Shown: positions 1 through 8,472 of the stretch, piece by piece | Numbering within the stretch: the stretch's first letter is position 1 | Layout: each line of letters begins with the position of its first letter | Assembly (NCBI GenBank): GCA_963654365.1 | Contig: CAVJZP010000001.1 | Span: 16,862-80,861 of the forward strand | Source: Oscillospiraceae bacterium | GTDB taxonomy: Bacteria; Bacillota_I; Bacilli_A; RFN20; CAG-288 | Direction of reading: 5' to 3' | DNA length: 64,000 nucleotides | Position numbers and translations under genes: made by a program | Notes under the pieces: generated by a model | Databases searched by the model: none | Told to the model about the DNA's origin: nothing | The model's input: the letters and a program-made list of their open reading frames with translations, nothing else

Positions 1-129
1 GATTGGATAAAACAGCGGTAGGAAGACCAATTGTCTCTACTCCGCATGCGGACAATATCGGTAGAGCGACAGTCAAAGAACAGCGTCCCATGCAACTATA
101 ATCCTGAATGGTAAGGCAACGTTTTTGGT

Positions 130-351
130 TCATTTTTCATTATTTCCTTTCTGAATGGAATCGAGAACAAGCTTTGACGGAATGGCAAAAAGATCCGCAA
201 AGTCCTTTGCCTCTTTCTCACTTGGCAGTATGGTTCCCTTCTCCCATCCTTCTACAATTTCATCTTCAATATGAAGATGGTCAGCAATAAAGCACGCGGA
301 GAAATGATATTGTTCTTCGACTGCTTTTAGGATTTCGGGAAATGTTATCAT
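130..351 (-). CDS. Small XRE-family helix-turn-helix protein (73 aa)
   Basis: The ORF reads FPEILKAVEEQYHFSACFIADHLHIEDEIVEGWEKGTILPS, which fits the HTH_3 pattern (helix-turn-helix followed by W-E-x-G). Its ATG overlaps the TGA of the upstream membrane-protein gene (ATGA), suggesting translational coupling. Confidence 0.55.
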   Translation of the reverse strand: MITFPEILKAVEEQYHFSACFIADHLHIEDEIVEGWEKGTILPSEKEAKDFADLFAIPSKLVLDSIQKGNNEK

Positions 352-1223
352 TTGTTTTTCTTCTTTTTCTTGGAGGATTGAGAGCCGTCTGTCAGAAGAG
401 GAGTCTCCTCTTCTTTTGTCTCTTCGACAGCAGTCACTTCCTCAGTGTTTTCTTCTTCTGTTTTTCCTTCTTTGTCTTCTTCATTCAATGCAATCTCTTT
501 TGTATAGACTTTCTTTCCGTTTCTTTTTCTGAGTTCGGAAATATCGATGATCTTTGTCTCGACGTTCTGATTTTCTTTTGCGGCTTCTGCTTCTCTCATG
601 CGTTTGATCTCTTCTTCTTTTTCAACATCTTTGGTATTCTTGATCTTGATGAGAAGGATGACAATGGAAGCGATACCTAAGACGGCAAGGAGAAATCCTA
701 ATCCGGCTAAGGCATAGTTCATGATGGAATTGTCTTTGTAGTAGAAGATGTACATCGAAGCGAGCGCAATCAGTGCACCGGCTGCGATGAAGATGAGAAC
801 GGAGAAAGGAATATTCTTCTTCACCTGTTTTCCAATGATTCTCTCGACTCCATAGACGATAAGGATGATGCTGAAGAAATAGGCACAGGAGATGATGAGA
901 ATCGGGAACATATCGGTGATGATTGCTGGCCTTACGATGAAGCAGATGCCTAAGGAAGAGAAGGCAATGCCCATCAGCACTTCACGATTGATTGGCGTGT
1001 GTTCGAGCAGATAGCCAGAGAGCACGTTGATCATGCCATAGGCTAAGAATGCAACGCCGATAGAATACGATATGGATTCTACGGATGTTGTCGATTCATT
1101 GTTGATTCGGATGATGGAGATGAGAACGAGTGCACCTCCTAATAGGATGAGAAGAAGGGACTGAACGATCTTGATCCATTTATATACGGCGATTTTTGTG
1201 TCTTTGTTGTTAATTTCCTGCAT
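348..1223 (-). CDS. Multi-pass membrane protein with Glu/Lys-rich C-terminal tail (possibly DUF308/HdeD-like)
   Basis: 291-aa ORF with about 6 hydrophobic helices, followed by a charged tail (KDVEKEEEIKRMREAEAAKE...KKKKKNK). A GAGG Shine-Dalgarno (SD) sits about 9 nt upstream of the ATG. The family assignment is tentative. Confidence 0.6.
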   Translation of the reverse strand: MQEINNKDTKIAVYKWIKIVQSLLLILLGGALVLISIIRINNESTTSVESISYSIGVAFLAYGMINVLSGYLLEHTPINREVLMGIAFSSLGICFIVRPAIITDMFPILIISCAYFFSIILIVYGVERIIGKQVKKNIPFSVLIFIAAGALIALASMYIFYYKDNSIMNYALAGLGFLLAVLGIASIVILLIKIKNTKDVEKEEEIKRMREAEAAKENQNVETKIIDISELRKRNGKKVYTKEIALNEEDKEGKTEEENTEEVTAVEETKEEETPLLTDGSQSSKKKKKNK

Positions 1224-1428
1224 ACTGAATACCTCGTGTATTATTATAATGAATTTATAACTTTATTCATCATTTTTAGTTGGAAAAGCGTCATCTTTTC
1301 GAATATTGGACAATAGAAGGAAAAGGAAAGCGACTTTCTGTCTCCGGTTTTGCTCTATTACTAATAGTTTTAGATAATACATATATAAAGAATGTACGAA
1401 AAATCGGCATGAAAATCGAAAGACTTTA

Positions 1429-1457
1429 TTGTTTTTAGAGGGGTCGATGCTTATAAT
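1429..1457 (+). promoter_or_regulatory. Putative sigma-70-type promoter of rpmH-rnpA-yidC-jag
   Basis: TTGTTT (1429-1434), a 17-nt spacer, then TATAAT (1452-1457), about 60 nt upstream of the rpmH ATG. Confidence 0.4.
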
Positions 1458-1517
1458 ATCCCTACATGCGTTTTTTAATGCGCATTGATTTCATGTTGTG
1501 AGGAGGGTTATAACCTT

Positions 1518-1655
1518 ATGAAACGTACTTATCAGCCTAGCAAAATCAAAAGAGCCCATACCTGTGGCTTCCGCGCCAGAATGGCAACCAAGGGAGGAAG
1601 AAAAGTCCTTTCCAGAAGAAGAGCTAAAGGCAGAGCAAGACTTACTCAGGCTTAA
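1518..1655 (+). CDS. rpmH: 50S ribosomal protein L34
   Basis: I translated this by hand because it falls below the ORF-track cutoff. The product is [45 protein letters not shown], the canonical L34 sequence. A GGAGGG SD lies upstream and rnpA follows. Confidence 0.95.
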   Translation: MKRTYQPSKIKRAHTCGFRARMATKGGRKVLSRRRAKGRARLTQA

Positions 1656-1677
1656 TTAGCTTGCTTTTCGGCATAAT

Positions 1678-2028
1678 ATGAAGAAAAGCTGTAGATTGAC
1701 GGAATCTAGGGATTTCAAAAGAGTTCTCGATCAGAGACATTGTGCCGGAAAAAACGAATCTGTCTCAGTATTCTATTCGCCTAATTCTCTGACTCACGCA
1801 AGAATCGGTGTTTCCGTATCCAGTAAATTAGGAAATGCAGTTCTGCGAGTCAGAGTCAGACGACAACTTCGGGCCCAGATAAACCTTTGTGACGTCCTTG
1901 GAAAACCATACGACATCGTCATTATCGCCCATTCTGGATATCTGAAAAAGACATTCCAGGAAAATACCGAGATTCTGAACAAAGTGTTTCATCGTCTGGC
2001 TAACCCATCTAAAGGGGATAAAGCATGA
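1678..2028 (+). CDS. rnpA: Ribonuclease P protein component
   Basis: 116-aa basic protein (RLTESRDFKRV...ARIGVSVSSKLGNAVLRVRVRRQLR) in the conserved rpmH-rnpA-yidC order. Confidence 0.9.
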   Translation: MKKSCRLTESRDFKRVLDQRHCAGKNESVSVFYSPNSLTHARIGVSVSSKLGNAVLRVRVRRQLRAQINLCDVLGKPYDIVIIAHSGYLKKTFQENTEILNKVFHRLANPSKGDKA

Positions 2029-3662
2029 GAAACCATTCAAACAGATTGCTTAAGCGGTTGATGATTGCCTTTTTCGGTATCATCGCTGCTTTTAGTTTAT
2101 CCGGTTGTACGAAATCCTTCTGTACCAACCAGGATAAGGCAAACCAGTTATTTGCTTACTATGGTAATCTTTACTCAGAGACTTTGCTGATTGATGAATC
2201 GACAAAGGATGATTTTGATTACTCGTCAAATAATGAATCCGAAGAAGCCACAAGAACAAAACTGATCAAGACTCAGAACGAACACCGCAATACTCTATTC
2301 GGAAGTTCTACTACTTTCCAGGGCATGACTACCTGGTATGACTTGATCGTAGAGGGCTCGGAGACCTCGTTCTTATCTTATATGAACAACAAGTCTCTTC
2401 AGTTCCGTGATGACAATTACAATTATTGGATGGATGGCACACTCGCTTCCATCACCGATACCAACGAGGCCAAGGCGGTTGCCTGGCATGTCGGCATATA
2501 TGCAGGTCTCACCTATAGCGATGAGACAAAGACTACCGTCACTGGTGTTGCGGAACCTTTCACCAATATGGTCCTCTGGTTCAATGAAGCCGTAAAAGAT
2601 GAAAGCTTAGGCATTCTGAAGTGCCCTTCCTACGGATTCATCGAAACAGTCAAGAGCAGCGCGGCGGTCGGTTATAGTTCCAATACTGCCTGTATCACTC
2701 CGACCAGCGGATTATTCAATCAGAACAATGCGAAAATCTATATTGAAGGAAAGACCTGGGGACAGGCTTTCAAGGAATATGGATTCCTGGAAGGCTTATT
2801 CGTCTATCCGTTCGCTTGGATTGTCCACTCCATTTCCACTGGATTAGGCGGAACAGGATGGGTTCAGATCTTCGCTATCTTCGTCGTTACTCTCTTAGTC
2901 AGATTAGTTACTGTCATCTCTACTCTTATCCAGAGCAGATCTCAGGCCAAGCAGCAGAGAATTCAGCCTCAGCTCAATGAACTGATGAAGAAATATCCGA
3001 ATTCTCAGGAAGACCCAGAGCAGCGCCGTGCCATGAGCATGGAACAGGCTCAGCTGATGAAAAAGAACCACGTTCATCCGATGCTTCCGCTTCTGTTCAT
3101 GATCATTCAGTTCCCGTTATTCATCTGTATCTGGTCCGCATTGCAGGGTTCTGCATCCTTAGCATCCGGTAACTGGTACGGACTCTCACTCACCACAAAA
3201 GTCAGTGAATGCTTCACAAAATATTCCGAGACAAGCGGTGCTTTGGTCGGTATCTTCATCTTCATCTTCATGTCTATCGCCAACATCCTCTCTTCCTGCA
3301 CTGGTCTTTGGATGAACTCCTGGAAGACCAAAGTCCTTGGAAATCAGGGAATGCAGCCGACAAAGAAGGATGCCAACGGCAATCCGATGGATCCGAACAA
3401 GACGATGAAGATAATGACCTATATCATGATGGCCTTCGTTCTCTTCATGGGATGGAGCTTACCGGCAGGTATGGGTATCTACTGGTTCATCGGTGCTATC
3501 ATCTCTATCTTACAGAGTTTGCTCACGGAAGCCTTACAGGCAAGATCCAGACATAAAGATGCTGCCAATACCGGAGACGGCACAACACTCGCTGCTGTCA
3601 GAAGAAGTGCACATCACACTGGAACTTCAAAAAAATCTGATAAACCATTATGGAGGAAGTGA
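2025..3662 (+). CDS. yidC: Membrane protein insertase YidC, lipoprotein type with large N-terminal ecto-domain
   Basis: Lipobox FSLSGC. The C-terminal half carries the YidC/Oxa1 core (QPQLNELMKKY..., PMLPLLFMIIQFPLFICIWSAL, GMGIYWFIGAIISILQ) and a basic tail. The ATG overlaps the rnpA stop (ATGA). Confidence 0.85.
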   Translation: MRNHSNRLLKRLMIAFFGIIAAFSLSGCTKSFCTNQDKANQLFAYYGNLYSETLLIDESTKDDFDYSSNNESEEATRTKLIKTQNEHRNTLFGSSTTFQGMTTWYDLIVEGSETSFLSYMNNKSLQFRDDNYNYWMDGTLASITDTNEAKAVAWHVGIYAGLTYSDETKTTVTGVAEPFTNMVLWFNEAVKDESLGILKCPSYGFIETVKSSAAVGYSSNTACITPTSGLFNQNNAKIYIEGKTWGQAFKEYGFLEGLFVYPFAWIVHSISTGLGGTGWVQIFAIFVVTLLVRLVTVISTLIQSRSQAKQQRIQPQLNELMKKYPNSQEDPEQRRAMSMEQAQLMKKNHVHPMLPLLFMIIQFPLFICIWSALQGSASLASGNWYGLSLTTKVSECFTKYSETSGALVGIFIFIFMSIANILSSCTGLWMNSWKTKVLGNQGMQPTKKDANGNPMDPNKTMKIMTYIMMAFVLFMGWSLPAGMGIYWFIGAIISILQSLLTEALQARSRHKDAANTGDGTTLAAVRRSAHHTGTSKKSDKPLWRK

Positions 3663-3665
3663 TAT

Positions 3666-4316
3666 ATGAACAAGTATGAAGGAAAAACTGAAGAAGAAGC
3701 CGTACAGAAAGCCTGCCAGGAATTAGGAATCGAAGATCCTAAGACCTTGAATTATCAGGTCATCTCTGTCAAGAAGACTTTGTTCAGCAAGGTCGTCACC
3801 ATCGGTATCTACTCTATCCGCGATGTCGTCGTCTTCGCAGATGACTACATCAAACGTTGTCTCCGCGCCTTAGGCATTGAAGGCTCCACAGAAGCCAAAT
3901 ATGAAGATGGCGTCATCAAACTCAACATCGTCACCAGCAGAAACAAGAATGTCATCGGCAGAAACGGTGACACGCTCAGAAGCATCAATGAATTAACTCG
4001 TTCTGCCTGCTTCAATCGCTTTGGCGGACACTATCGTATCCTTCTCAACTGCGACGGATACAAGGAACTGAAGTATAACAAATATGCTTCCATGGCTCGC
4101 CGTTATGCATCCGAAGTCAGAAGAACCCATGTCACTGCTATCCTCGATCCGATGACCAGCGATGAAAGAAGAATCATCCATCAGGTTTTGGACGGATATC
4201 CGAACATCAAGACACAGTCCTTAGGAACTGGTCATAAGAGACATATCACAATTCAGTATGTTGCTGATACCTCTGCTGGCTATACCGCCGGTGATTCCGA
4301 CGACAAAGACTTCTAA
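3666..4316 (+). CDS. jag: Jag/KhpB RNA-binding protein (Jag_N, KH, R3H)
   Basis: 216 aa with a C-terminal R3H-like segment (LDPMTSDERRIIHQVL). It sits directly after yidC, as in most Bacillota. Confidence 0.85.
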   Translation: MNKYEGKTEEEAVQKACQELGIEDPKTLNYQVISVKKTLFSKVVTIGIYSIRDVVVFADDYIKRCLRALGIEGSTEAKYEDGVIKLNIVTSRNKNVIGRNGDTLRSINELTRSACFNRFGGHYRILLNCDGYKELKYNKYASMARRYASEVRRTHVTAILDPMTSDERRIIHQVLDGYPNIKTQSLGTGHKRHITIQYVADTSAGYTAGDSDDKDF

Positions 4317-4328
4317 TCGAATGAAATA

Positions 4329-4387
4329 GGGGTTGCTGCACAAAAGATTCCATATGTCTATGGAACTCGAGTGTAGCAATCCCTTTT
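4329..4387 (+). terminator. Rho-independent terminator after jag
   Basis: A 13-bp stem pairs GGGGTTGCTGCAC with GTGTAGCAATCCC (two G-U pairs). The loop contains an inner hairpin, and TTTTGTG follows. Confidence 0.5.
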
Positions 4388-4444
4388 GTGTTATCTTTAG
4401 ATTAGAAGCATTTTTAATAGTAAATACGATATGACAGAAATTAG

Positions 4445-4499
4445 AAAATGGCTTCCTGAAATAGTTTGTTGGGTCCTATTTCAAATAGCCATTTTGTTT
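4445..4499 (-). terminator. Hairpin terminator downstream of the PPTase-like gene (possibly bidirectional)
   Basis: AAAATGGCT pairs with AGCCATTTT around an inner stem TGAAATAG / CTATTTCA. T-runs are present on both strands. Confidence 0.4.
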
Positions 4500-4503
4500 T
4501 TGA

Positions 4504-5100
4504 TCAGATGATTCTGAATTGAACTTTCTCATTGTCGATGCAATCGACAGAGAGATAATATCCGGCTTTGTTCTTATCTTCAATGTAGGTGGTCAATATC
4601 TCTTTGTAAGGAATGTCTTTTCTGATGTTCTCTTTTCGGATACCATCTCCGACATGTTTATGGAACGAGATCTTTCTCGTCCATAATTCTGTGAATGTCT
4701 TTGATTTGTCTTTTGAGGAATCATATTTTTCCTTTTCTGAATCGCTGAAGCAATCAGGAATGATACTATCCTTGTCATCCTCTATTTTCCTGATGCTGAT
4801 TCCAACTTCGCTCGTCGAGATACATACGGCAACGATCTCACCATCATAGGAGATATTGAACTGCTCTTTTCCGAAAGACGGTTTTCCGTATTCGTTGTAG
4901 GATACGGAGAGATTCTTATAATCGATATTACGATTTTTGAATATCATCAGAAGGATATTCCATCCAAGCAGGGAAGCCTGCCTATCATTTTCGGATACAT
5001 GCTTTCTGCAATGTTCTAGGATAGAGATAGGAAGACCATCCTCCAGTTTATCGATTCTTCCATCATATCTTGTGATGTCGCTTAAGTATAGTTCAGTCAT
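4504..5100 (-). CDS. Sfp-type 4'-phosphopantetheinyl transferase family protein (canonical metal ligands substituted)
   Basis: It aligns by eye with B. subtilis Sfp: SLLGWNILL..., YNEYGKPSF, FNISYDGEIVAV, VGISIRKIE (Sfp has IGIDIEKTK), ELWTRKISFHK (Sfp has HLWSMKESFIK). Confidence 0.6.
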   Translation of the reverse strand: MTELYLSDITRYDGRIDKLEDGLPISILEHCRKHVSENDRQASLLGWNILLMIFKNRNIDYKNLSVSYNEYGKPSFGKEQFNISYDGEIVAVCISTSEVGISIRKIEDDKDSIIPDCFSDSEKEKYDSSKDKSKTFTELWTRKISFHKHVGDGIRKENIRKDIPYKEILTTYIEDKNKAGYYLSVDCIDNEKVQFRII

Positions 5101-5120
5101 AATGGAAGTATTCTAACACA

Positions 5121-6794
5121 TCAGGCGGTAGTTTGTTCTTTCTTATCCTGGGCGTGTCTTTCTTCCAGCTCTTTTACAATCTGCTCTTCTAGTTTTTCAT
5201 CGATGTGATAGCACTTCTTCAATAGGATATAGGTGACGACGAAGGAGATGACGATGATACCGATGATGATAGCTCCGAATATTGTCAGCTGTGTTCTTTT
5301 GTTTGTCCACTGATAAGCGGCTTCAATCTCCGCATCGAAAGAAGGATAGGTTCCGTGGTATTCGGTCTGTCCATTGACGATGACATTCTGTGATTCCGCA
5401 TTGGAGATGCCGTTTAAGATAGCCTGCGTACCGGAGATGATGAAGGTAAGGTTTCTCAGTCCTGTCTGCAAGGCACTTCCTAATTTGGCATCCAAAGGTC
5501 TCCATGCGAAGGCAACGGCTTCTTTTCTTTCTCCGAACTTCCATTCTTGATAGTCGATGGCATCCTGGAACATGACTAAGAGGACTAAATATAAGACACC
5601 GGAGGCAGCAAAGAAGATGAATGCACAGAGATATAGCAACCAGTGAGACCCACCGAAGGCAAAGGCCAAGCCTTGTCCAATCGATGCGTTATCGCCAGTG
5701 AGCTGATAGTTATTTGGATTGTTATAGGAGACAGGATTGTCAGAGAAGACAGGGAAGGCGACAAAGAAGAAGGCTGCATAGGCTAAGATGGTGATTAAGG
5801 AGGTGATCTCCATGATCTGCATCTTCGTCAGTTTCTTTGTCATCAGAGGATAGAAGACCTGGGCAATCAGGGTACCTAGGACATAGACGATAGATAAGAC
5901 AGTTGCCATGAATCCACCTTTATAGGTTCCGTATCCGTAAAGGAGGTAATAGTAGTTCAGACCGATGCCGGTGAGAAGTCCAGACGCAAAGTAATATAAA
6001 AGCATGCAGATAGCAACAACGAGAAGCTGTTTGTTCTTCGCTACCATGCGGAACAGATCAAGGAAGTGTGTTTCCTCTGAGATTTCCTCTTGTTTTGGAT
6101 CTCTTTCCTTTTCACGGCAGCAGAAGAAGATGAGAGACTGAGAAATCAAGAAGAGGATAGAGGTAACAACAGCGGAATAGGCGTATGCCGTCTTGGCACC
6201 TAACATCGTAGGAAGGAGGAACATGAGAAGATTCATGACGAAGGCACCGATGGTCGTTGCAATGGTGACATGGGTGGTAAGAGACGTTCTTTCTTTCGGA
6301 TCATTCGTGAGAGAAGGAAGCATCGACCAGTATCCGATATCATTCATAGTGAAGAAGAGATCCCAGAGGAAGTAGAAAACTAACATGCAGGTGACAAATC
6401 CCCATCCTTTGACTCCCCAGGTACCGACTAAGAACATCAAGGAGACGATGAAGGTGTTTCCGATGGCACCGATGAAGATCCATGGCTTGAATTTGCCGGT
6501 GCGGAAATGGAACTTTTCAACGATGAATCCCATGATTGGGTCGTTGATGCCATCCCAGACCAAAGCGATCATCATGAAGATAGTGATGACATGCATCTGT
6601 GCCTTGTAAGTCTCGATGTCAGAACTTAAGACACCGGCAGTCATTGCATACTGCAATAGAAAAGTTCCTACTAATGCGTAGCAGGCGTCGCGGAATATGC
6701 CAGACCAAGGATAAATGGCTTTTGTCAGACCAGGAACCTTATTTCCAGTGTACGTCTTACCTATTCCAGAGGTTTTCTTCGGAGATTGATCCAT
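5121..6794 (-). CDS. GPH-family (glycoside-pentoside-hexuronide type MFS) transporter
   Basis: 557 aa with about 12 TM helices. It carries the GPH signature region WDGINDPIMGFIVEK...TGKFKPWI. Confidence 0.7.
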   Translation of the reverse strand: MDQSPKKTSGIGKTYTGNKVPGLTKAIYPWSGIFRDACYALVGTFLLQYAMTAGVLSSDIETYKAQMHVITIFMMIALVWDGINDPIMGFIVEKFHFRTGKFKPWIFIGAIGNTFIVSLMFLVGTWGVKGWGFVTCMLVFYFLWDLFFTMNDIGYWSMLPSLTNDPKERTSLTTHVTIATTIGAFVMNLLMFLLPTMLGAKTAYAYSAVVTSILFLISQSLIFFCCREKERDPKQEEISEETHFLDLFRMVAKNKQLLVVAICMLLYYFASGLLTGIGLNYYYLLYGYGTYKGGFMATVLSIVYVLGTLIAQVFYPLMTKKLTKMQIMEITSLITILAYAAFFFVAFPVFSDNPVSYNNPNNYQLTGDNASIGQGLAFAFGGSHWLLYLCAFIFFAASGVLYLVLLVMFQDAIDYQEWKFGERKEAVAFAWRPLDAKLGSALQTGLRNLTFIISGTQAILNGISNAESQNVIVNGQTEYHGTYPSFDAEIEAAYQWTNKRTQLTIFGAIIIGIIVISFVVTYILLKKCYHIDEKLEEQIVKELEERHAQDKKEQTTA

Positions 6795-6919
6795 AAGTGC
6801 AATCCTTTCCCGTGTATATTTATGATTGTAAGAGCATACATTTTCAATTTCAATGGTTATTTCATGAAAAAAGCCAAAGCTTTTGATAAGCTCTGGCTTT
6901 GATATTCTGAATAAGATGA

Positions 6920-7423
6920 TTATCTGTCGCTAAGATCAATCTTGACCTTATCGCCATCCCAGGAATAGGTGTAGTCGGAATAAGAATAGGTCATAAGATC
7001 ATTGGCTTTCCAGTCATCCGTATGGATGACAAAGTACATTTTGTTGGTCTCCTCTGTTCCAGGGAAGACACTCTTTAAATTCAAAGTGAGTTCGTACTTT
7101 GCTTCAGCAACACTAGTGATGATGTCCTTTTCCCAACGGCAAAGGACATTCTCAGTGTAGTTGCTGGCAGAGAGTGGGCTTGTCGTAGTGTAGGCAAATG
7201 TGTAGGCACCTTTGACCTCTGCATTTGCCTGAGCGGAGATAGAACCAGAAATCTTTGCCCCCTCTTCTAAGACACTGTTTAATTTATATTTAAGGACAAT
7301 GGCGTTCAGCTTTGTAAAACCATCACCGACATATATGGTTCCATCGATAGTAGAACCACTTCCACAGCTTGTAAGGAGAGTCAACGCACAGAAACTGACT
7401 GCTTTTAAGAATTTTCTTTTCAT
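6920..7423 (-). CDS. Lipoprotein of unknown function
   Basis: 167 aa with a signal peptide and lipobox (ALTLLTSCGS). Confidence 0.65.
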   Translation of the reverse strand: MKRKFLKAVSFCALTLLTSCGSGSTIDGTIYVGDGFTKLNAIVLKYKLNSVLEEGAKISGSISAQANAEVKGAYTFAYTTTSPLSASNYTENVLCRWEKDIITSVAEAKYELTLNLKSVFPGTEETNKMYFVIHTDDWKANDLMTYSYSDYTYSWDGDKVKIDLSDR

Positions 7424-7510
7424 ATTTTACCTCATGTGAAATTCAGACAAGTCATTATATCACGCTATAAAAGGAAAAAGACATTATTGATAACTTATCA
7501 GATGTTTTTG

Positions 7511-8212
7511 TCAGTATCCGAGCTGTAGCTGGAAAGCGGAATTGGAGAAGTAATAGGAATCATCCAAATATCCGTATTGAATGAGAGAACTCTCTCCTAA
7601 CTTGATTTCATGGATGTATTTGATATCGATCAGTCTGAGTTTGTGCTCTTTCAGAAAAGAGACTGGAATCAGGTCTTCAGCAATATCGAGATAGGAAGTG
7701 TTGTTGAGATGACCGTTGAGATCACAAAGTGAATAGGTAGCATGTATCGTTGCTTGTTCCGGTAAGTCAGAAGGAATCCTGTTTCCCAATGGGATACGGA
7801 ACTCCTTTCCTTCTGACATATCAGGGATAAGGATATTGTGTTCGATAGGATTGATCATCTTTCTTGTTTTGACATCGATCAGTGCCCAGATAGCTTCCCC
7901 TTGAATGATAATGTTTCCTTTTTCATCTCTGATCTCATAGGTGCGAGGGAAAAGGACGTGCATCATTGCACTCGGATAGGTAGAGATAGTGATGGTCTCA
8001 TCATATTTAGGCATACGGAGAATCTCAATATGCTGCTTAGCAATCACCCACAGCAAACCCTTATCCAAAGTGAATTCTCTTGGATATCCTAATTTTTCCG
8101 TATGTTCAATGGATATTTCCTGCAGAAGAAGAAAAAGAGAAGAAGGTCTTAGATACTGAAAAGGAGTGACCTGATCTGCTTTGATCCGGATCTGCTTTAT
8201 GAAACTGGACAT
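7511..8212 (-). CDS. Acyl-ACP thioesterase family protein
   Basis: 233 aa with a double hot-dog layout. Matching segments include LRPSSLFLLLQEISIEHTEKLG, GLLWVIAKQHIEI and the N-x-H-x-N-N motif (LNGHLNNTSY). Confidence 0.7.
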   Translation of the reverse strand: MSSFIKQIRIKADQVTPFQYLRPSSLFLLLQEISIEHTEKLGYPREFTLDKGLLWVIAKQHIEILRMPKYDETITISTYPSAMMHVLFPRTYEIRDEKGNIIIQGEAIWALIDVKTRKMINPIEHNILIPDMSEGKEFRIPLGNRIPSDLPEQATIHATYSLCDLNGHLNNTSYLDIAEDLIPVSFLKEHKLRLIDIKYIHEIKLGESSLIQYGYLDDSYYFSNSAFQLQLGY

Positions 8213-8217
8213 AAATC

Positions 8218-8472
8218 TTATTTCTTCTTTTCTGATTCTTCCTCAATGGCATCGATGACATTGGAAAGCGTGATCAGCTTGGACCATTTGCGCTCCGGAA
8301 CATGAATTCCAAAAGCGGTCTCTACCTTTGTCATCACATAGATGAATCTCATGGAATCCAAAGCGGCATCCGTATTGAGAACGCTGTCTTCTGTGATCTC
8401 TTTGTTCTCCCATTCATCCAGATTCTCTTTCAGAATCTTAACCAGTGTGTTTTTGATTTCTTCGCGTGTCAT
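8218..8472 (-). CDS. Acyl/peptidyl carrier protein (ACP-like)
   Basis: 84-aa acidic protein with a phosphopantetheine-attachment-type LDSM motif. Its start overlaps the stop of the adenylating-enzyme gene. Confidence 0.7.
   Translation of the reverse strand: MTREEIKNTLVKILKENLDEWENKEITEDSVLNTDAALDSMRFIYVMTKVETAFGIHVPERKWSKLITLSNVIDAIEEESEKKK

Noticed and set aside
1-91. A possible 5' end of a minus-strand lipoprotein gene (MGRCSLTVALPILSACGVETIGL...) running off the left edge of the window.
   Set aside because: Only 30 codons are visible, there is no convincing Shine-Dalgarno, and an open frame of this length is expected by chance fairly often. The evidence is too weak to call a feature.
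342-680. A 112-aa plus-strand ORF rich in Phe/Leu/Cys.
   Set aside because: It is antisense to the well-supported membrane-protein gene. Its low-complexity composition mirrors the Lys/Glu-rich tail on the other strand, so it is a shadow ORF.
1224-1517. The AT-rich divergent intergenic region upstream of rpmH, considered as a candidate oriC / DnaA-box cluster.
   Set aside because: I found no TTATCCACA or TGTGGATAA-like 9-mers, even allowing one mismatch. A simple promoter explains the region.
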